Source: an uncultured Gemmataceae bacterium
GTDB lineage: Bacteria > Planctomycetota > Planctomycetia > Gemmatales > Gemmataceae
Assembly: GCA_963750165.1 (NCBI GenBank)
Contig: CAVVPN010000001.1
Span: 160,001 to 224,000 of the forward strand
Direction: 5' to 3'
DNA length: 64,000 bases
This document shows positions 1 to 10,510 of the stretch, one piece after another. Each line of letters starts with the position of its first letter. Within the stretch, counting starts at the first letter, position 1. Position numbers and translations under genes: made by a program. The notes beneath the pieces are model-generated. The model worked only from the letters and a program-made list of their open reading frames with translations. It was not told where the DNA came from and searched no databases.

Positions 1-144
1 CCGTTCTACACGACGAAGCCGCGCGGCACCGGGCTGGGCATGGCGATCGTCAAACGCATCGTGGAGGCCCACGGCGGCCGCATCGGCGTGGGCGCGGCCC
101 CCGGCGCGGGGGCGGAAATCCTGATCACGCTTCCCCGGAGTTAA
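1..144 (+). CDS. Sensor histidine kinase, C-terminal HATPase end (partial)
   Basis: Frame 1 reads [28 protein letters not shown]...ITLPRS*, containing the F and G2 boxes; stop at 142-144. Confidence 0.9.
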   Translation, partial: PFYTTKPRGTGLGMAIVKRIVEAHGGRIGVGAAPGAGAEILITLPRS

Positions 145-146
145 CG

Positions 147-743
147 ATGAACCGCATGCTGCGCGTGGTGGTCGCGGACGACGAGCCGGAGATGCGCGAG
201 TTCCTGCGCGGGGTGCTGGAGCGGCTGGGCCACCAGGTGGTGGCGGCAGGCACCGGCAAGCAGCTGGTGGAGCTGTGCCGGGTCGGCGAGCCGGACCTGG
301 TGCTGACCGACATCAAGATGCCGGAGCTGGACGGCATCGAGGCGGCGCACCAGTTGAACCAGCTGCGCGAGACGCCGGTGATCTTGATCTCGGGCCACCA
401 CGACGCCGAGTTGCTACAGCGGGCGCTGGTGGATCATGTGATGGCGTACCTGGTCAAGCCGGTGAACGAGGCGGCGGTGGAGGCGGCGGTGCCGGTGGCG
501 ATGGCGCGGTTCGCGCAGTACAAGCTGGTGCGCAAGGAGGCGCAGGACCTGCGGCAGGCGCTGGAGGACCGCAAGGTGATCGAGCGGGCCAAGGGGGCGG
601 TGATGCGGCGGCTGGCGCTCGACGAGCAGGAGGCGTTCCGCCGGCTGCAGCGCATGGCCAGCGACAGCAACCGCAAGCTGGTCGAGGTGGCGCAGACGGT
701 GCTGGGGGCGGAGGAAGTGTTTAGCCAGATGAGCAAACGCTAG
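147..743 (+). CDS. ANTAR-domain response regulator (AmiR/NasT/PdtaR-like)
   Basis: Receiver domain (VADDE, DIKMP, YLVKP) plus ANTAR motif RKVIERAKGAVM...EQEAFRRLQRMA. Confidence 0.92.
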   Translation: MNRMLRVVVADDEPEMREFLRGVLERLGHQVVAAGTGKQLVELCRVGEPDLVLTDIKMPELDGIEAAHQLNQLRETPVILISGHHDAELLQRALVDHVMAYLVKPVNEAAVEAAVPVAMARFAQYKLVRKEAQDLRQALEDRKVIERAKGAVMRRLALDEQEAFRRLQRMASDSNRKLVEVAQTVLGAEEVFSQMSKR

Positions 744-756
744 AGCGGCTTGCGGT

Positions 757-826
757 TGGGTGTAGCGGAAGTCGCCAGACTTCCGTCCGGTGCTGCTCGG
801 AAGTCTGGCGACTTCCGCTACACCCA
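757..826. repeat. REP-like palindrome of the GTAG type (two inverted copies)
   Basis: 29-bp perfect arms TGGGTGTAGCGGAAGTCGCCAGACTTCCG (757-785) and its reverse complement (798-826). Confidence 0.85.
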
Positions 827-1013
827 TTCGCAATCTGCAATAAGCCGCCAGCGGCAGACAAGAAGCAAGGAGCGCCTCCGAGCCGCGCACGGAGTAAGTG
901 ACTCGCGGAGTAAGTGACTCGGGCGAAGCGTCTTTGTTTCCGAACGCACTTGGCGGACTGCACCCCGTCCAGCGCTGGAAGACAACCCTTACCGCTCCGA
1001 AGGACAGGACCGC

Positions 1014-1763
1014 ATGGACTGGGACGCCGCCCTGTACGACGACAAGCACGCCTTCGTCTGGCGGCACGGCGCCTCGCTGGTCGAACTGCTGGCGCCGCAA
1101 CCCGGCGAGCGCATCCTGGACCTGGGCTGCGGCACCGGCCACCTGACCGCCGCGCTCGCCGCCGCCGGGGCCGCGGTTGTCGGCCTCGACCACTCCGCCG
1201 ACATGCTCGCCCAGGCCCGCGCCGCCCACCCGCACCTGCATTTCGTCCAGGGCGACGCCCGCGACTTCGCCCTCGACACCCCCTTTGACGCCGTGTTTTC
1301 CAACGCCGCGCTGCACTGGGTCCGTCCCCCGGACGCCGTGGTCCGCTGCGTCCACAACGCCCTGAAACCGGGCGGCCGTTTCGTCGCAGAGTTCGGCGGC
1401 CGCGGCAACGTGCGCGGCATCAGCGCCGCCATGCTCACCGCGGCGAAGCAGCTCGGGGTGCCGGCGCAGCTGCCGTCGTGGTACTTCCCCACCGTCGGTG
1501 AGTACGCGGCGCTGCTGGAGGCATTCGGGCTGGAGGTGCGTTTCGCGACGCTGTTCGACCGGCCGACGCCGCTGGTCGGCCCCGATGGGTTGCGCGATTG
1601 GGTGGCGCAGTTCGGCTGCGTCGCGCTGGAGGCGGTGCCGGCGAAGCGGCGCGCGGACTTCTTGACGGCAGTGGAAGTGGCGGCCCGTGCCGCGCTGTGC
1701 CGCGACGGGGCCTGGGTGGCGGACTACCGCCGGCTGCGCGTCGTGGCGGTGCGGCTGGCGTGA
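1014..1763 (+). CDS. Class I SAM-dependent methyltransferase (trans-aconitate MT-like)
   Basis: ILDLGCGTG motif I; FDAVFSNAALHWV; LKPGGRF. Confidence 0.9.
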   Translation: MDWDAALYDDKHAFVWRHGASLVELLAPQPGERILDLGCGTGHLTAALAAAGAAVVGLDHSADMLAQARAAHPHLHFVQGDARDFALDTPFDAVFSNAALHWVRPPDAVVRCVHNALKPGGRFVAEFGGRGNVRGISAAMLTAAKQLGVPAQLPSWYFPTVGEYAALLEAFGLEVRFATLFDRPTPLVGPDGLRDWVAQFGCVALEAVPAKRRADFLTAVEVAARAALCRDGAWVADYRRLRVVAVRLA

Positions 1764-1768
1764 GCGCG

Positions 1769-2134
1769 TCAGATGCCGAGGTTGGACAGCGTGTCCAGCA
1801 ACCGATGGGCCAGGCCCGCGGTGAACGGCGCCTGGGCCTCGACCGCCGCCACTGCTCGCTGCAACCGCTCGCGCACCGCCCCCAGCTGGCCCGGCTCGTG
1901 CTGCTGGTGCAGCGACTCCGCCAGGTGCGCCGTGGCCTCGGTCAGGTGCGACAGCTCGCCCGGCGGCAGCTGGCCAGACTGCAGCGTCTTGCCCAGCTCG
2001 TCCACCAGTTCCGCGAGGTGCTGCCGGGCGCCCGGGTCAATGGTCTGCGACTCGCGCAGCAGCCGGGCGACGCCGTGCAGCCGATCCTGGAGTTCCGCCA
2101 TCGAGGGCGGCTGCGGCGTGGCGTGGTCGGACAT
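1769..2134 (-). CDS. Small helical protein, DUF4404-like
   Basis: C-terminus LLDTLSNLGI resembles DUF4404; GGAGG ribosome-binding site before ATG at 2134. Confidence 0.65.
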   Translation of the reverse strand: MSDHATPQPPSMAELQDRLHGVARLLRESQTIDPGARQHLAELVDELGKTLQSGQLPPGELSHLTEATAHLAESLHQQHEPGQLGAVRERLQRAVAAVEAQAPFTAGLAHRLLDTLSNLGI

Positions 2135-2451
2135 GGTCGTTCCTCCGCGGGCAAGGGTGGTGCTGGGTTGCAGTGATTCTATCCAAATCATTCACCACGG
2201 AGAACGCGGAGCGCGCGGAGAAGTGATCCACAGATGGCACAGATGAACCCAGATAAAGACAAATCAATTTTCCCTGCTTCCGGGCTTCGACCCGAAAAAA
2301 TCTCCCCACCGATTGCCTCTGGTTTTAAGGTAGAATATGCTCGACTTTTCAGGAGCGGACATACGCCGACAGGGCCCGCGGTCGAGGCGGCCGCCGCCCG
2401 GCGCTTTCCCCAGAAGATTTGGCCGGTTGACTTTCCCTGCCGGAGGCGGTC

Positions 2452-4127
2452 GTGAAATTGACGATCTCCCGAAAAGGCCTGATCCTGGTCAGCATTCCGT
2501 TGCTGTTCCAGCTGCTGTTCATTCTCCTGGTGGCGCGGATGCAGCAGCGCAACGCCGAGGCGCAGCAGTTATCGGCCCACTCCCAGGAGGTCATCGACCA
2601 GGTCCACACCATGCTGGCGGACCTGCTGGCGGCCGAGAGCAGCCTGCACGGCTACCTGCTGACGGGCAAGCGGCACTTCTACCAGGAGTACCGCGGCGCC
2701 GCCGGCGCTGTGCCCGACCAGACACAGCGCCTGGCGGCGCTGGTGGAGGACAACCCCGATCAGCATGCATTGGCGGCGCAGATCCGGGCACAGGCAGCGC
2801 GGCTGCTGAAGTGGTTCGAGGGCTCGGCGGCCCTGGTCCCGGGCATGGGCCCCAAAACCATCAAGGCACGCGTCAACGACCCGGCCGGCCGGGCGCTGCT
2901 GGAGGGGCTGCGGGCAGACACGGCGCGCTTCCTGGCCGCGGAGGAGCGGCTGGAGCACCAGCGGGCCCTGGACCTGGAGGAGACGCGCGGCCAGTTGTAC
3001 GCCGTGCTGCTGGCGGGCGGCCTGGCCCTTTGCCTGAGCGCCGCCGTGCTGGCCGGCATGTTCGCGCAGCATCACCCGCCGTGTCGCCGTCCTGACCGAC
3101 AACGCCCGCCGGCTGGCGCGGGGCGACCAGCTGGCCCCGCGCCTGGGCGCCGGCGACGAGCTGGATGACCTGGACCGCACCTTCCACGAGATGGCCGCGG
3201 CGCTGGCGGCGGCGCAGCAGCGCGAGCGCGAGCACCTCGACACCCTGGAGCGCCGCGTCGCCGAGCGCACCGCCGAATTGACCGAGGTCAACCGTCAGGT
3301 GCTGGAGAAGAACGCCGAGAACGAGATGTTCGTTTACAGCGTCTCGCACGACCTGCGTTCACCGCTGGTCAACCTGCAAGGCTTCAGCAAGGAACTGCTG
3401 CTGACCGCCGAGGATCTGCGTGCCCTGTTCGCCGACGAGGCCACGCCCGAGGCGATCCGGCGCCGCGGTCTGGAGCTGCTCGACGACGGCGTGGCGGAAT
3501 CGACGCACTTCATCCTGTCGGCGGTGCAGCGCCTGGGCCACATTATCGACGCGCTGTTGCGGCTGTCGCGGGCGGGGCGCGTGGACTATCAGTGGCAGTG
3601 GGTGGAGGTCGCCGACCTGGTGGGCCGCACCGTCGAGGCCATGACCAACACCATCGAGCAGCGCGGCGCCGCGGTGGCGATCGGGCCGCTGCCGCTGGCC
3701 TGGGGCGACCCGGGCGTCTGGAGCAGGTCTTCGCCAACCTGCTGGGCAACGCCCTGAACTACCTGGACCCGGCCCGGGCGGGGCGGATCGAGGTGGGCAG
3801 CGAGCCCACGGCGGCGCGGACGCCGGGGCAGCTGGTCTACTTCGTCCGCGACAACGGCCAGGGCATTCCGGAGGCCTACCAGGCCAAGATTTTCCAGGTG
3901 TTTCAGCGGCTGCACACGCACGCGGCGCCCGGCGAGGGCATGGGCCTGGCCATCGTCCGCCGCATTGTGGAGCGGCACCGCGGCGAGTTGTGGGTGGTGT
4001 CGCGCGAGGGGGAAGGCAGCACGTTTTACGTCGCTCTGCCGGGGGCGCCGCCGCCCTCGCTGATGATTAACCGGGAGGCCATCCGCGAGGCCCTGGCCGA
4101 GCGGGCCGCGAAAGGGGCGCGAAATGA
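2452..4127 (+). CDS. CHASE3/HAMP sensor histidine kinase, split by apparent frameshifts (~3070, ~3715, ~4110)
   Basis: TM + CHASE3-like region (AESSLHGYLLTG); HAMP in the next frame; H-box YSVSHDLRSPL; N-box QVFANLLGNA; DNGQG; FQRLH; GMGLAIVRRIVERH. Confidence 0.85.
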
Positions 4128-4573
4128 GCACGGAATCCGTGGTCGTGCTGCTGGCCGAGGACGACGACGGCCACGCCAGCCTGATCCGTCGCAACCTGCA
4201 GCGGGCCGGCTGCGCCAACACCGTGGTCCACGTCAAGGACGGCCAGGCGGCGCTGGACTACATCCACTGCACGGGGGACTACATCGGCCGGATGCCCGAC
4301 GGGCCGTTGCTGCTGTTGCTGGACATCAACATGCCGCGCGTTGACGGCGTCGAGGTGCTGCGGCGGCTCAAGGCGGACCCACGCACTGCCCTGGTGCCGG
4401 TCATCATGGTGACCACGACCGACGACCCGCGCGAGGTGCAGCGCTGCTACGACCTGGGTTGCAGCGTCTACGTCACCAAGCCGGTGGCCTATGACCAGTT
4501 CGTCGAGGCCATCAAGCGCCTCGGCCTGTTTTTGTCCATCGTCCAGGTGCCGCGCGAGGACCAGCGCGTGTAG
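4124..4573 (+). CDS. Single-domain response regulator (Rcp1-like)
   Basis: LLAEDD, LLDINMPRVDG, YVTKPV. Confidence 0.92.
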   Translation: MSTESVVVLLAEDDDGHASLIRRNLQRAGCANTVVHVKDGQAALDYIHCTGDYIGRMPDGPLLLLLDINMPRVDGVEVLRRLKADPRTALVPVIMVTTTDDPREVQRCYDLGCSVYVTKPVAYDQFVEAIKRLGLFLSIVQVPREDQRV

Positions 4574-4580
4574 CCGCCTG

Positions 4581-4638
4581 CGTGGGGTAGACATTCCTGT
4601 CTGCCGGTCCCCTGGCAGACAGGAATGTCTGCCCCACG
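4581..4638. repeat. REP-like palindrome
   Basis: CGTGGGGTAGACATTCCTGTCTGCC ... GGCAGACAGGAATGTCTGCCCCACG, 25-bp arms with one mismatch. Confidence 0.85.
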
Positions 4639-4709
4639 TCCGCCTCGGCCGGGTTATCATGAACGCATACATTCGAGGCGCCGCCGCCTCGGCCTGGGGA
4701 GAGAACGCC

Positions 4710-5825
4710 ATGACACCACCACCATCCGCCCGCAGGCACCGGGTACTACTCGTGGACGACGAGGCCAACATACGCCGCTTCTACCGCATCTTGCTGGAGG
4801 CTGACGGGCTGGTCTGTGAGGAGGTCGGCGACGGCCCGGCGGCACTGGCGGCGCTGGCGGCGCAGCCGTTCGACCTGGTCTTGCTGGATGTGGACCTGCC
4901 GGGACTGAGCGGCGCCGAGGTGTGCCGCCAACTGCGCGAACAGCCGCCGGGGCCCCATCTGAAAATCATCATGTGCTCGGGGCGGGCCGGCGGCGACGAA
5001 CTGGCGCAAATCCTGCTGGCCGGGGCCGACGACTTTTTGACCAAGCCGCCCAGCCTGATCCAGCTACGGGCGCGGGTCAAGGCGGCGCTGCGGCTCAAGG
5101 ACGCCCAGGAGCGCTCCGACCGCGTGGCCGGCCAGCTGCTGGCGGTCAACCGCGAGCTGGAGGAGGGCCTGAACGCCCGCGACAGCGACCTGGTCCACGC
5201 CCGCAACGCGCTGGTGCTGGCTCTGGCCACGCTGGTGACGCACCGCGACAACGAGACGGGGGAGCACCTGAAACGGCTGCAGGACTTCAGCCGGCTGCTG
5301 GCCGAGGCGGCGGCGACGCTGCCGGCCTTCGCGGGGCAAATCACGCCGGACTTCATCGAGATGCTGTCGTGCTGTGCGCCGCTGCACGACATCGGCAAGG
5401 TCGGTCTGCCGGATCACATTCTGCTCAAGCCGGGCAAGCTCAACGACGACGAGCGCGTGCTGATGCAGACGCACACGGTCATCGGCGCCAACACGCTGGA
5501 CGAGGTGGCGCAGCGGCACAACTTCGCGCTGGCGTTCCTGGAGATGGCGGCGGACATCGCCCGCCATCACCACGAGCGCTGGGATGGCACCGGCTACCCC
5601 GACGGCCTGGCGGGCACCGACATCCCACTGGCGGCGCGGGTCGTGGCCATCGCCGACGTGTACGACGCGCTGCGGTCGCGGCGTGTCTACAAACCGGCGC
5701 TGTCACACGCCGCCACGCTGCAGGTGATGCTTGAGAAGTGCCCGGGCCACTTCGACCCGACGCTGCTGCAGGTGTTTCAGCGCTGCGCCGACCGCTTCGA
5801 GGTGATCTTCCGCGAGCTGGAGTAG
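4710..5825 (+). CDS. Response regulator with HD-GYP c-di-GMP phosphodiesterase domain
   Basis: Receiver domain followed by LHDIGK, HHERWDGTGYP and ADVYDAL. Confidence 0.93.
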   Translation: MTPPPSARRHRVLLVDDEANIRRFYRILLEADGLVCEEVGDGPAALAALAAQPFDLVLLDVDLPGLSGAEVCRQLREQPPGPHLKIIMCSGRAGGDELAQILLAGADDFLTKPPSLIQLRARVKAALRLKDAQERSDRVAGQLLAVNRELEEGLNARDSDLVHARNALVLALATLVTHRDNETGEHLKRLQDFSRLLAEAAATLPAFAGQITPDFIEMLSCCAPLHDIGKVGLPDHILLKPGKLNDDERVLMQTHTVIGANTLDEVAQRHNFALAFLEMAADIARHHHERWDGTGYPDGLAGTDIPLAARVVAIADVYDALRSRRVYKPALSHAATLQVMLEKCPGHFDPTLLQVFQRCADRFEVIFRELE

Positions 5826-5828
5826 CGT

Positions 5829-5914
5829 TTTTTCTGCCGCTGGCGGCTGGGCGCTCTGCATCCCTTCTGGCGTTAGAAGGATCGCAGAGCGCTCAGCCGC
5901 CAGCGGCAGAAAAA
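5829..5914. repeat. REP-like palindrome, possibly also a terminator
   Basis: 31-bp arms TTTTTCTGCCGCTGGCGGCTG(G/A)GCGCTCTGC with one mismatch; partial copy AGCCGCCAGCGGCAGA at about 843-858. Confidence 0.8.
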
Positions 5915-6000
5915 TCTGTATCAATTCGACCGTCTGCCGGTAATCATGGGTAGAGGCCGACCGACGGCGGTCTCGCCCCCAGTGTCAGGCGACCAGCCTC

Positions 6001-8351
6001 ATGTACCACGATCTGCGGCAACTGCACAGGGCCGTCCTCGCGCCGGCCGGAGGCGCCCTGTCGGACGGGCAACTGCTGGGCGCTTCCTCGAACAGCGCGA
6101 CGAGGAAGCGTTCGCGGCTCTGGTGCGCCGCCACGGTCCGATGGTCTGGGGCGTGTGCCGCCGCGTCCTGGGCCACGACCACGACGCCGACGACGCCTTC
6201 CAGGCGACGTTCCTGGTGCTGATTCGCAAGGCCGCGGTCATTCTGCCGCGCGAACTGGTCGCCGCCTGGCTGTACGGGGTGGCGCAACAGACCGCCCGCA
6301 AGGCCCGGCAGACGGTCGCCAAGCGCCGGCAGCGCGAACGGCCGGAGCCGCCCGAGGTGGCGGAGCCGGCGCCGCGGCCGGTGCCCGACTGGCAACCGCT
6401 GCTCGACCAGGAGGTGAGCCGGCTGGCGGAGAAATATCGGTTGCCGCTAATCCTCTGCGACCTGGAGGGCCGGACGCGCAAGGAGGCGGCGCAGCAGCTG
6501 GGCTGGCCGGAGGGCACCGTGGCGGGCCGGCTGGCGCGGGCGCGAGCGCTGCTGGCGCGGCGACTGGCCCGACACGGCGTCGCGCTGCCGGCAGCGGGGC
6601 TGACGGCGGTGCTGGCGCCGGCGGCGGTGATGTCGGCGACAGTCAAGGCCGCCAGCCTGGTGTCAACGGGCCAGGCGGCGGGGGTTTCGGCCAACGTCTT
6701 CGCCCTGACGGAAGGAGTGTTGAGCGCCATGATGCTGACCAAGATCAAGACGGCGGGTGTGCTGCTGACGGTGCTGGGGCTGGCGGCTTTCACCTGCGCC
6801 GTGCTGGTGGCGGGGCAGGCGGGCGAGCCTGTGCAGGGGCCGGAAAAGACTGCGGCTCCCGCATCGAAGCCGCAGGGCAACGCGCCTGCCGATCCGGGGC
6901 CAGGTCCAGGGAAGGTGCAGCCCAAACAGTCGAACACGGTCTATGGGTTGTCGGCCAAAATTGTGGTGAAGTCGAAGCTCCCGCTGGAGACGGACGAACT
7001 CCAGGCGGAACTGGTGCTGGCCAACGAGAGCGAGAAGCCACTGCGGTTGGGAATGTTGTACAACCATTCCGGCACGTACAAGTTCGGCCACGCCATCATC
7101 ACCTTCCGACCCGATGACAAGCAAACGGCGGAGCAAATCGCCAAGCACGTCATCACGCTGAAGCCGGGCGCGAGCGTGGCCCTGCCGATCAAGCTGAGCA
7201 AGTTGAGCAGCCCCAACGGCAAGGTCCGGGTCAGCGCGGCCTACCAGGTCAGCGAAGCATTCGGCAAGGAGCACAAGACCTGGGCCGGTTTCGTCCGGGC
7301 GGTCGTGGACGTCCAGCAAGCGAAGGGCGTACCGGACAAGGGCGGCGACAAGGGGAAGGACAAGGGCAACGCGCCGAAGCAGGTGAAACTGTCGCTGGCG
7401 ACGGAGGTCGAGCAGCGCGACGGCAGGCCGTTTGTCAAGGTGTATCTGGTCAACCCGAGCAACATTGCGCTGGAGGTGGTGGACTGGAACGAGCCGGCGC
7501 TCACCGTGGAAAAGCTGTGTACCGTCAAGGTGGACGGCCAGTCGGCTGAGTTGCTCGGTCGCGGGGCGTTTCTGATGCCGGGCCGCAAGGCGTCGAAAAG
7601 GACGCTGCCCGCCGAGAGTAAAACGCTGCTCGGCGTCGTCGCCTTCGACCCAAAAACGGCCGCCCAGTTCACGGGGTACACGCCGGTGGTGCGGCGGCTG
7701 GTGGCCACGGGCCCGAACACATACACCCTGCTGCCCCTGACGCCGGCCAAGCATTCCGTGGAGATTCAGGTCAACCGGTCGCTGATGACGCAATTCCCTG
7801 CGGAGGTGAGCCCGGCCACGGTGGAGGTGGACCTGCGCGACAAGCCGGTCAAGGTCGAGGCGGAGCCGAAGCCGGAGCAGGACGACAAAAGCAAGAAGCT
7901 GTCACTGGCGGCGGAGGTCGGGGCCTGGAAGGGCAAGCCGTACATCAAGGTGTATCTGGTGAACCCCAGCAACATCACGTTGCAGCTGGCGGGCCGCAAC
8001 CGGCTGCCCGCCCTCAACGTGGCGTGTGCCGTCAAGCTGGACGGCGCCGAGGCCGGCATTTACTCTCCCGAGGTCGTGGTGCTGAGACCGGGCCTGGTCA
8101 AGCAAGCGTTGCCGGCCGAGAGCAAGACGCTGCTGGGCACGTTCGTCTTCAGCCCCCTGAGCGACCAGCAATTCGCCGGGGCGATGGAGCTACGGGTGCG
8201 TGTACCCGCCCCCGGGCCGCCGGGGAGTTACGCCCTGCTGCGCCTGGCGCCGGGCAAGCACACCGTGGAGATTCGCCCCAGTTCCAACCCGACCGTCCAG
8301 TTTCCGGCGGAGGTGCGCCCCGTCACCGTGCAGGTGGACCTGCCGAAGTAA
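6001..8351 (+). CDS. ECF sigma factor with TM helix and long C-terminal extension (frameshift ~6080)
   Basis: LSDGQLL in one frame continues as RFLEQRDEEAFAALVRRHGPMV, DADDAFQATFLVL, LGWPEGTVAGRLARAR; hydrophobic segment after MMLTKIK. Confidence 0.88.
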
Positions 8352-8400
8352 AAGCGTTCGGAAAGCAGGAACCACGGATCACACGGATAAAACCAGGAGG

Positions 8401-8502
8401 GTTCGGAAGCAAAACCACGGAACACACGGAAAACACGGAAAAAGACAAAAGACCCTGTCTTTTTCCGTGTTTTCCGTGTGTTCCGTGGTTTTGCTTCCGA
8501 AC
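8401..8502. repeat. 47-bp perfect inverted repeat built from ACACGGAA units
   Basis: 8401-8447 is the exact reverse complement of 8456-8502; related units at about 8370-8390 and 2193-2253. Confidence 0.88.
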
Positions 8503-8602
8503 GTTTTAAGCCGCAAGCGGCAGAATTCGTTGTTGGCCGGCGCCGCCGCTGTCGGTTCCTGTCTCGGGTGCTCCGCGAAGCGTTCGCCCCGGAGACTGAG
8601 AC

Positions 8603-9562
8603 ATGAAGATCGTGATCCCCGGCGGCAGCGGTCAGGTCGGCACCGTGCTGGCCCGCGCCTTCGCCGCCGACGGCCATGACGTGGTGGTGCTGAGCCGCAA
8701 CCCCACGTCGGCGCCCTGGCGGGTCGTCCGCTGGGACGCCGAGACGCCCGGCCCCTGGACGGCGGAACTCGACGGCGCCGACGTGGTCATCAACCTGGCC
8801 GGCCGCAGCGTCAACTGCCGCTATCACGCCCGCAACCGCCAGGCCATTCTGGAGTCGCGCGTGCGGTCCACGCGTGCCGTCGGCGCGGCCATCGCCGCGG
8901 CAGCGCGGCCGCCGCGAGTGTGGCTGCAGGCGAGCACCGCCACCATCTACGCCCACCGTTACGACATGGCCAACGACGAAACCACGGGCATCCTTGGCGG
9001 CGCGGAGCCGGGTGCTCCGGAAACCTGGCGGTTCAGCATCGCCGTCGCGAAGGCGTGGGAGGAGGCGACCGCGGCGGCCGTGGTGCCGCGGACGCGCAAG
9101 GTGCTGCTGCGCTCGGCGATGACCATGAGCCCGGATCGCGGCGGCGTCTTCGACGTGCTGCTGGGCCTGGTCCGCTGGAGCCTGGGCGGCACGAACGGCG
9201 ACGGCCGGCAGTACGTGTCGTGGATTCACGACCGCGACTTCATCCGCTCCGTGTACTGGTTGCTCGACCACGACCTGGCCGGGCCGGTCAACCTGGCGGC
9301 GCCGCAGCCGCTGCCGAACGCCGAGTTCATGCGGACGCTGCGGGCCGCCTGGGGCCGCCGCATCGGGCTGCCGGCGACGCGCTGGATGCTGGAACTGGGG
9401 GCGCTGGTGCTGCGAACCGAGACCGAGCTGGTGCTGAAAAGTCGGCGCGTGGTGCCGGGCCGGTTGCTGGCGTCGGGGTTTCAGTTCGAGTACCCTGGCT
9501 GGGCGGAGGCAGCGACGGACCTGTGCCGGCGCTGGCGGGAGCTGTGCGCGAAACGGCCGTGA
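8603..9562 (+). CDS. TIGR01777/YfcH-like NAD-dependent epimerase (DUF1731 C-terminus)
   Basis: GGSGQVG, VINLAGRSV, SWIHDRD, GPVNLAAP, LKSRRVVP. Confidence 0.9.
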   Translation: MKIVIPGGSGQVGTVLARAFAADGHDVVVLSRNPTSAPWRVVRWDAETPGPWTAELDGADVVINLAGRSVNCRYHARNRQAILESRVRSTRAVGAAIAAAARPPRVWLQASTATIYAHRYDMANDETTGILGGAEPGAPETWRFSIAVAKAWEEATAAAVVPRTRKVLLRSAMTMSPDRGGVFDVLLGLVRWSLGGTNGDGRQYVSWIHDRDFIRSVYWLLDHDLAGPVNLAAPQPLPNAEFMRTLRAAWGRRIGLPATRWMLELGALVLRTETELVLKSRRVVPGRLLASGFQFEYPGWAEAATDLCRRWRELCAKRP

Positions 9563-9623
9563 CTTCGGGCCGTGGTTTCAGCTAGAATGCGGCAGTCGCA
9601 CCCCGTTTCTGGGAGGCTTGCCA

Positions 9624-9848
9624 ATGGGCATCACCGTCGAAGCCGTGTACGAGAACGGCACCCTCAAGGCGGAACGCCCCTTGCCGCTTCAGGAGCACGA
9701 AAAAGTACGGGTGACCGTGGATCGCCACCCCAGTCTGGCCGAGCAATGCTACGGAATGTTACCAAGTAGGTTGGCAAAGCAGCAGGGCAAGGACCCCGGT
9801 TTCGCCGTAAGTCCTTGCTCTGCTTTATATGCCGGAGACAGGACTTGA
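9624..9848 (+). CDS. DUF104/AF2212-like antitoxin, probably truncated after ~9760
   Basis: MGITVEAVYENGTLK...PLPLQEHEKVRVTV; the tail runs into the tRNA 3' flank; no toxin follows. Confidence 0.65.
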   Translation: MGITVEAVYENGTLKAERPLPLQEHEKVRVTVDRHPSLAEQCYGMLPSRLAKQQGKDPGFAVSPCSALYAGDRT

Positions 9849-9914
9849 ACCTGCACGACCATTACAGTCACCAGGCCCTCAACCTGGCGCGTCTGCCAAT
9901 TCCGCCACTCCGGC
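9830..9914 (-). tRNA. tRNA-Leu(GAG)
   Basis: GCCGGAG acceptor stem, TGGCGGAATTGGCAGAC D-arm, CCAGG-TTGAGGG-CCTGG anticodon arm, long variable arm, GTTCAAGTC T-loop; CCA not encoded. Confidence 0.97.
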
Positions 9915-10510
9915 TCGTATAGGTTTCGTGTTGCGTTTGCGTTGATGCCGCTTGAAGTTGCGGCGAATTCAGGAGCCACCTTTCTTGCTCTCGTGTTGGG
10001 GTCGCGTGTGGGTCGGTTGGCCAACAATCGCCAACTTTTCGCCAACCTTCCACACCCCGTTATTCTGGCGGCTCAGGGGCAGTCGTCAAGGGCAGATTCT
10101 CGGCGAGGACGTTCTGCTGAACGAAACTGCCGAACAACTCGCTGGCTTTCGCAGAGTTACGGGTGAGTTTCGACTTCGTCGGGGGCGAGGAGCTTTAACG
10201 GGCCGCCCCATGTCGAGATGGCTGAAGTGATTGGAGTGGGCAGTCGTGTGAGGATGGTACTCATGGGCGCCCACACGTCAAAAAGCACGAAAAACACGCT
10301 GTTTTCCGCACTCGGACGTTGTCATTTTATCAAGGATTCCGTGTAGTTCCAGGGATTCTGTGCAGAATTCTGTGCATGCCGGGCTCCTGGCGTTCGGACG
10401 CGCGGAGCCGGCGGACGAACCGTCCTGCGATTGACCCCCCGTGGCCGGGTCAGGATAATCGGTCTGTTGACGAAGACCGCCAAAGCCGCACGCAAGATGG
10501 GAGGGGTAGC

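Noticed and set aside
147..826. ANTAR regulator acting on the adjacent hairpin, or partnering with the AmiC-like kinase at 47 kb
   Set aside because: The hairpin is REP-like rather than a twin small-loop ANTAR motif, and the two genes lie on opposite sides of the island boundary.
5946..6000. ORF-track start at 5946 for the ECF sigma factor
   Set aside because: The conserved N-terminus (LSDGQLL) is in the frame starting at 6001; the longer start results from the frameshift.
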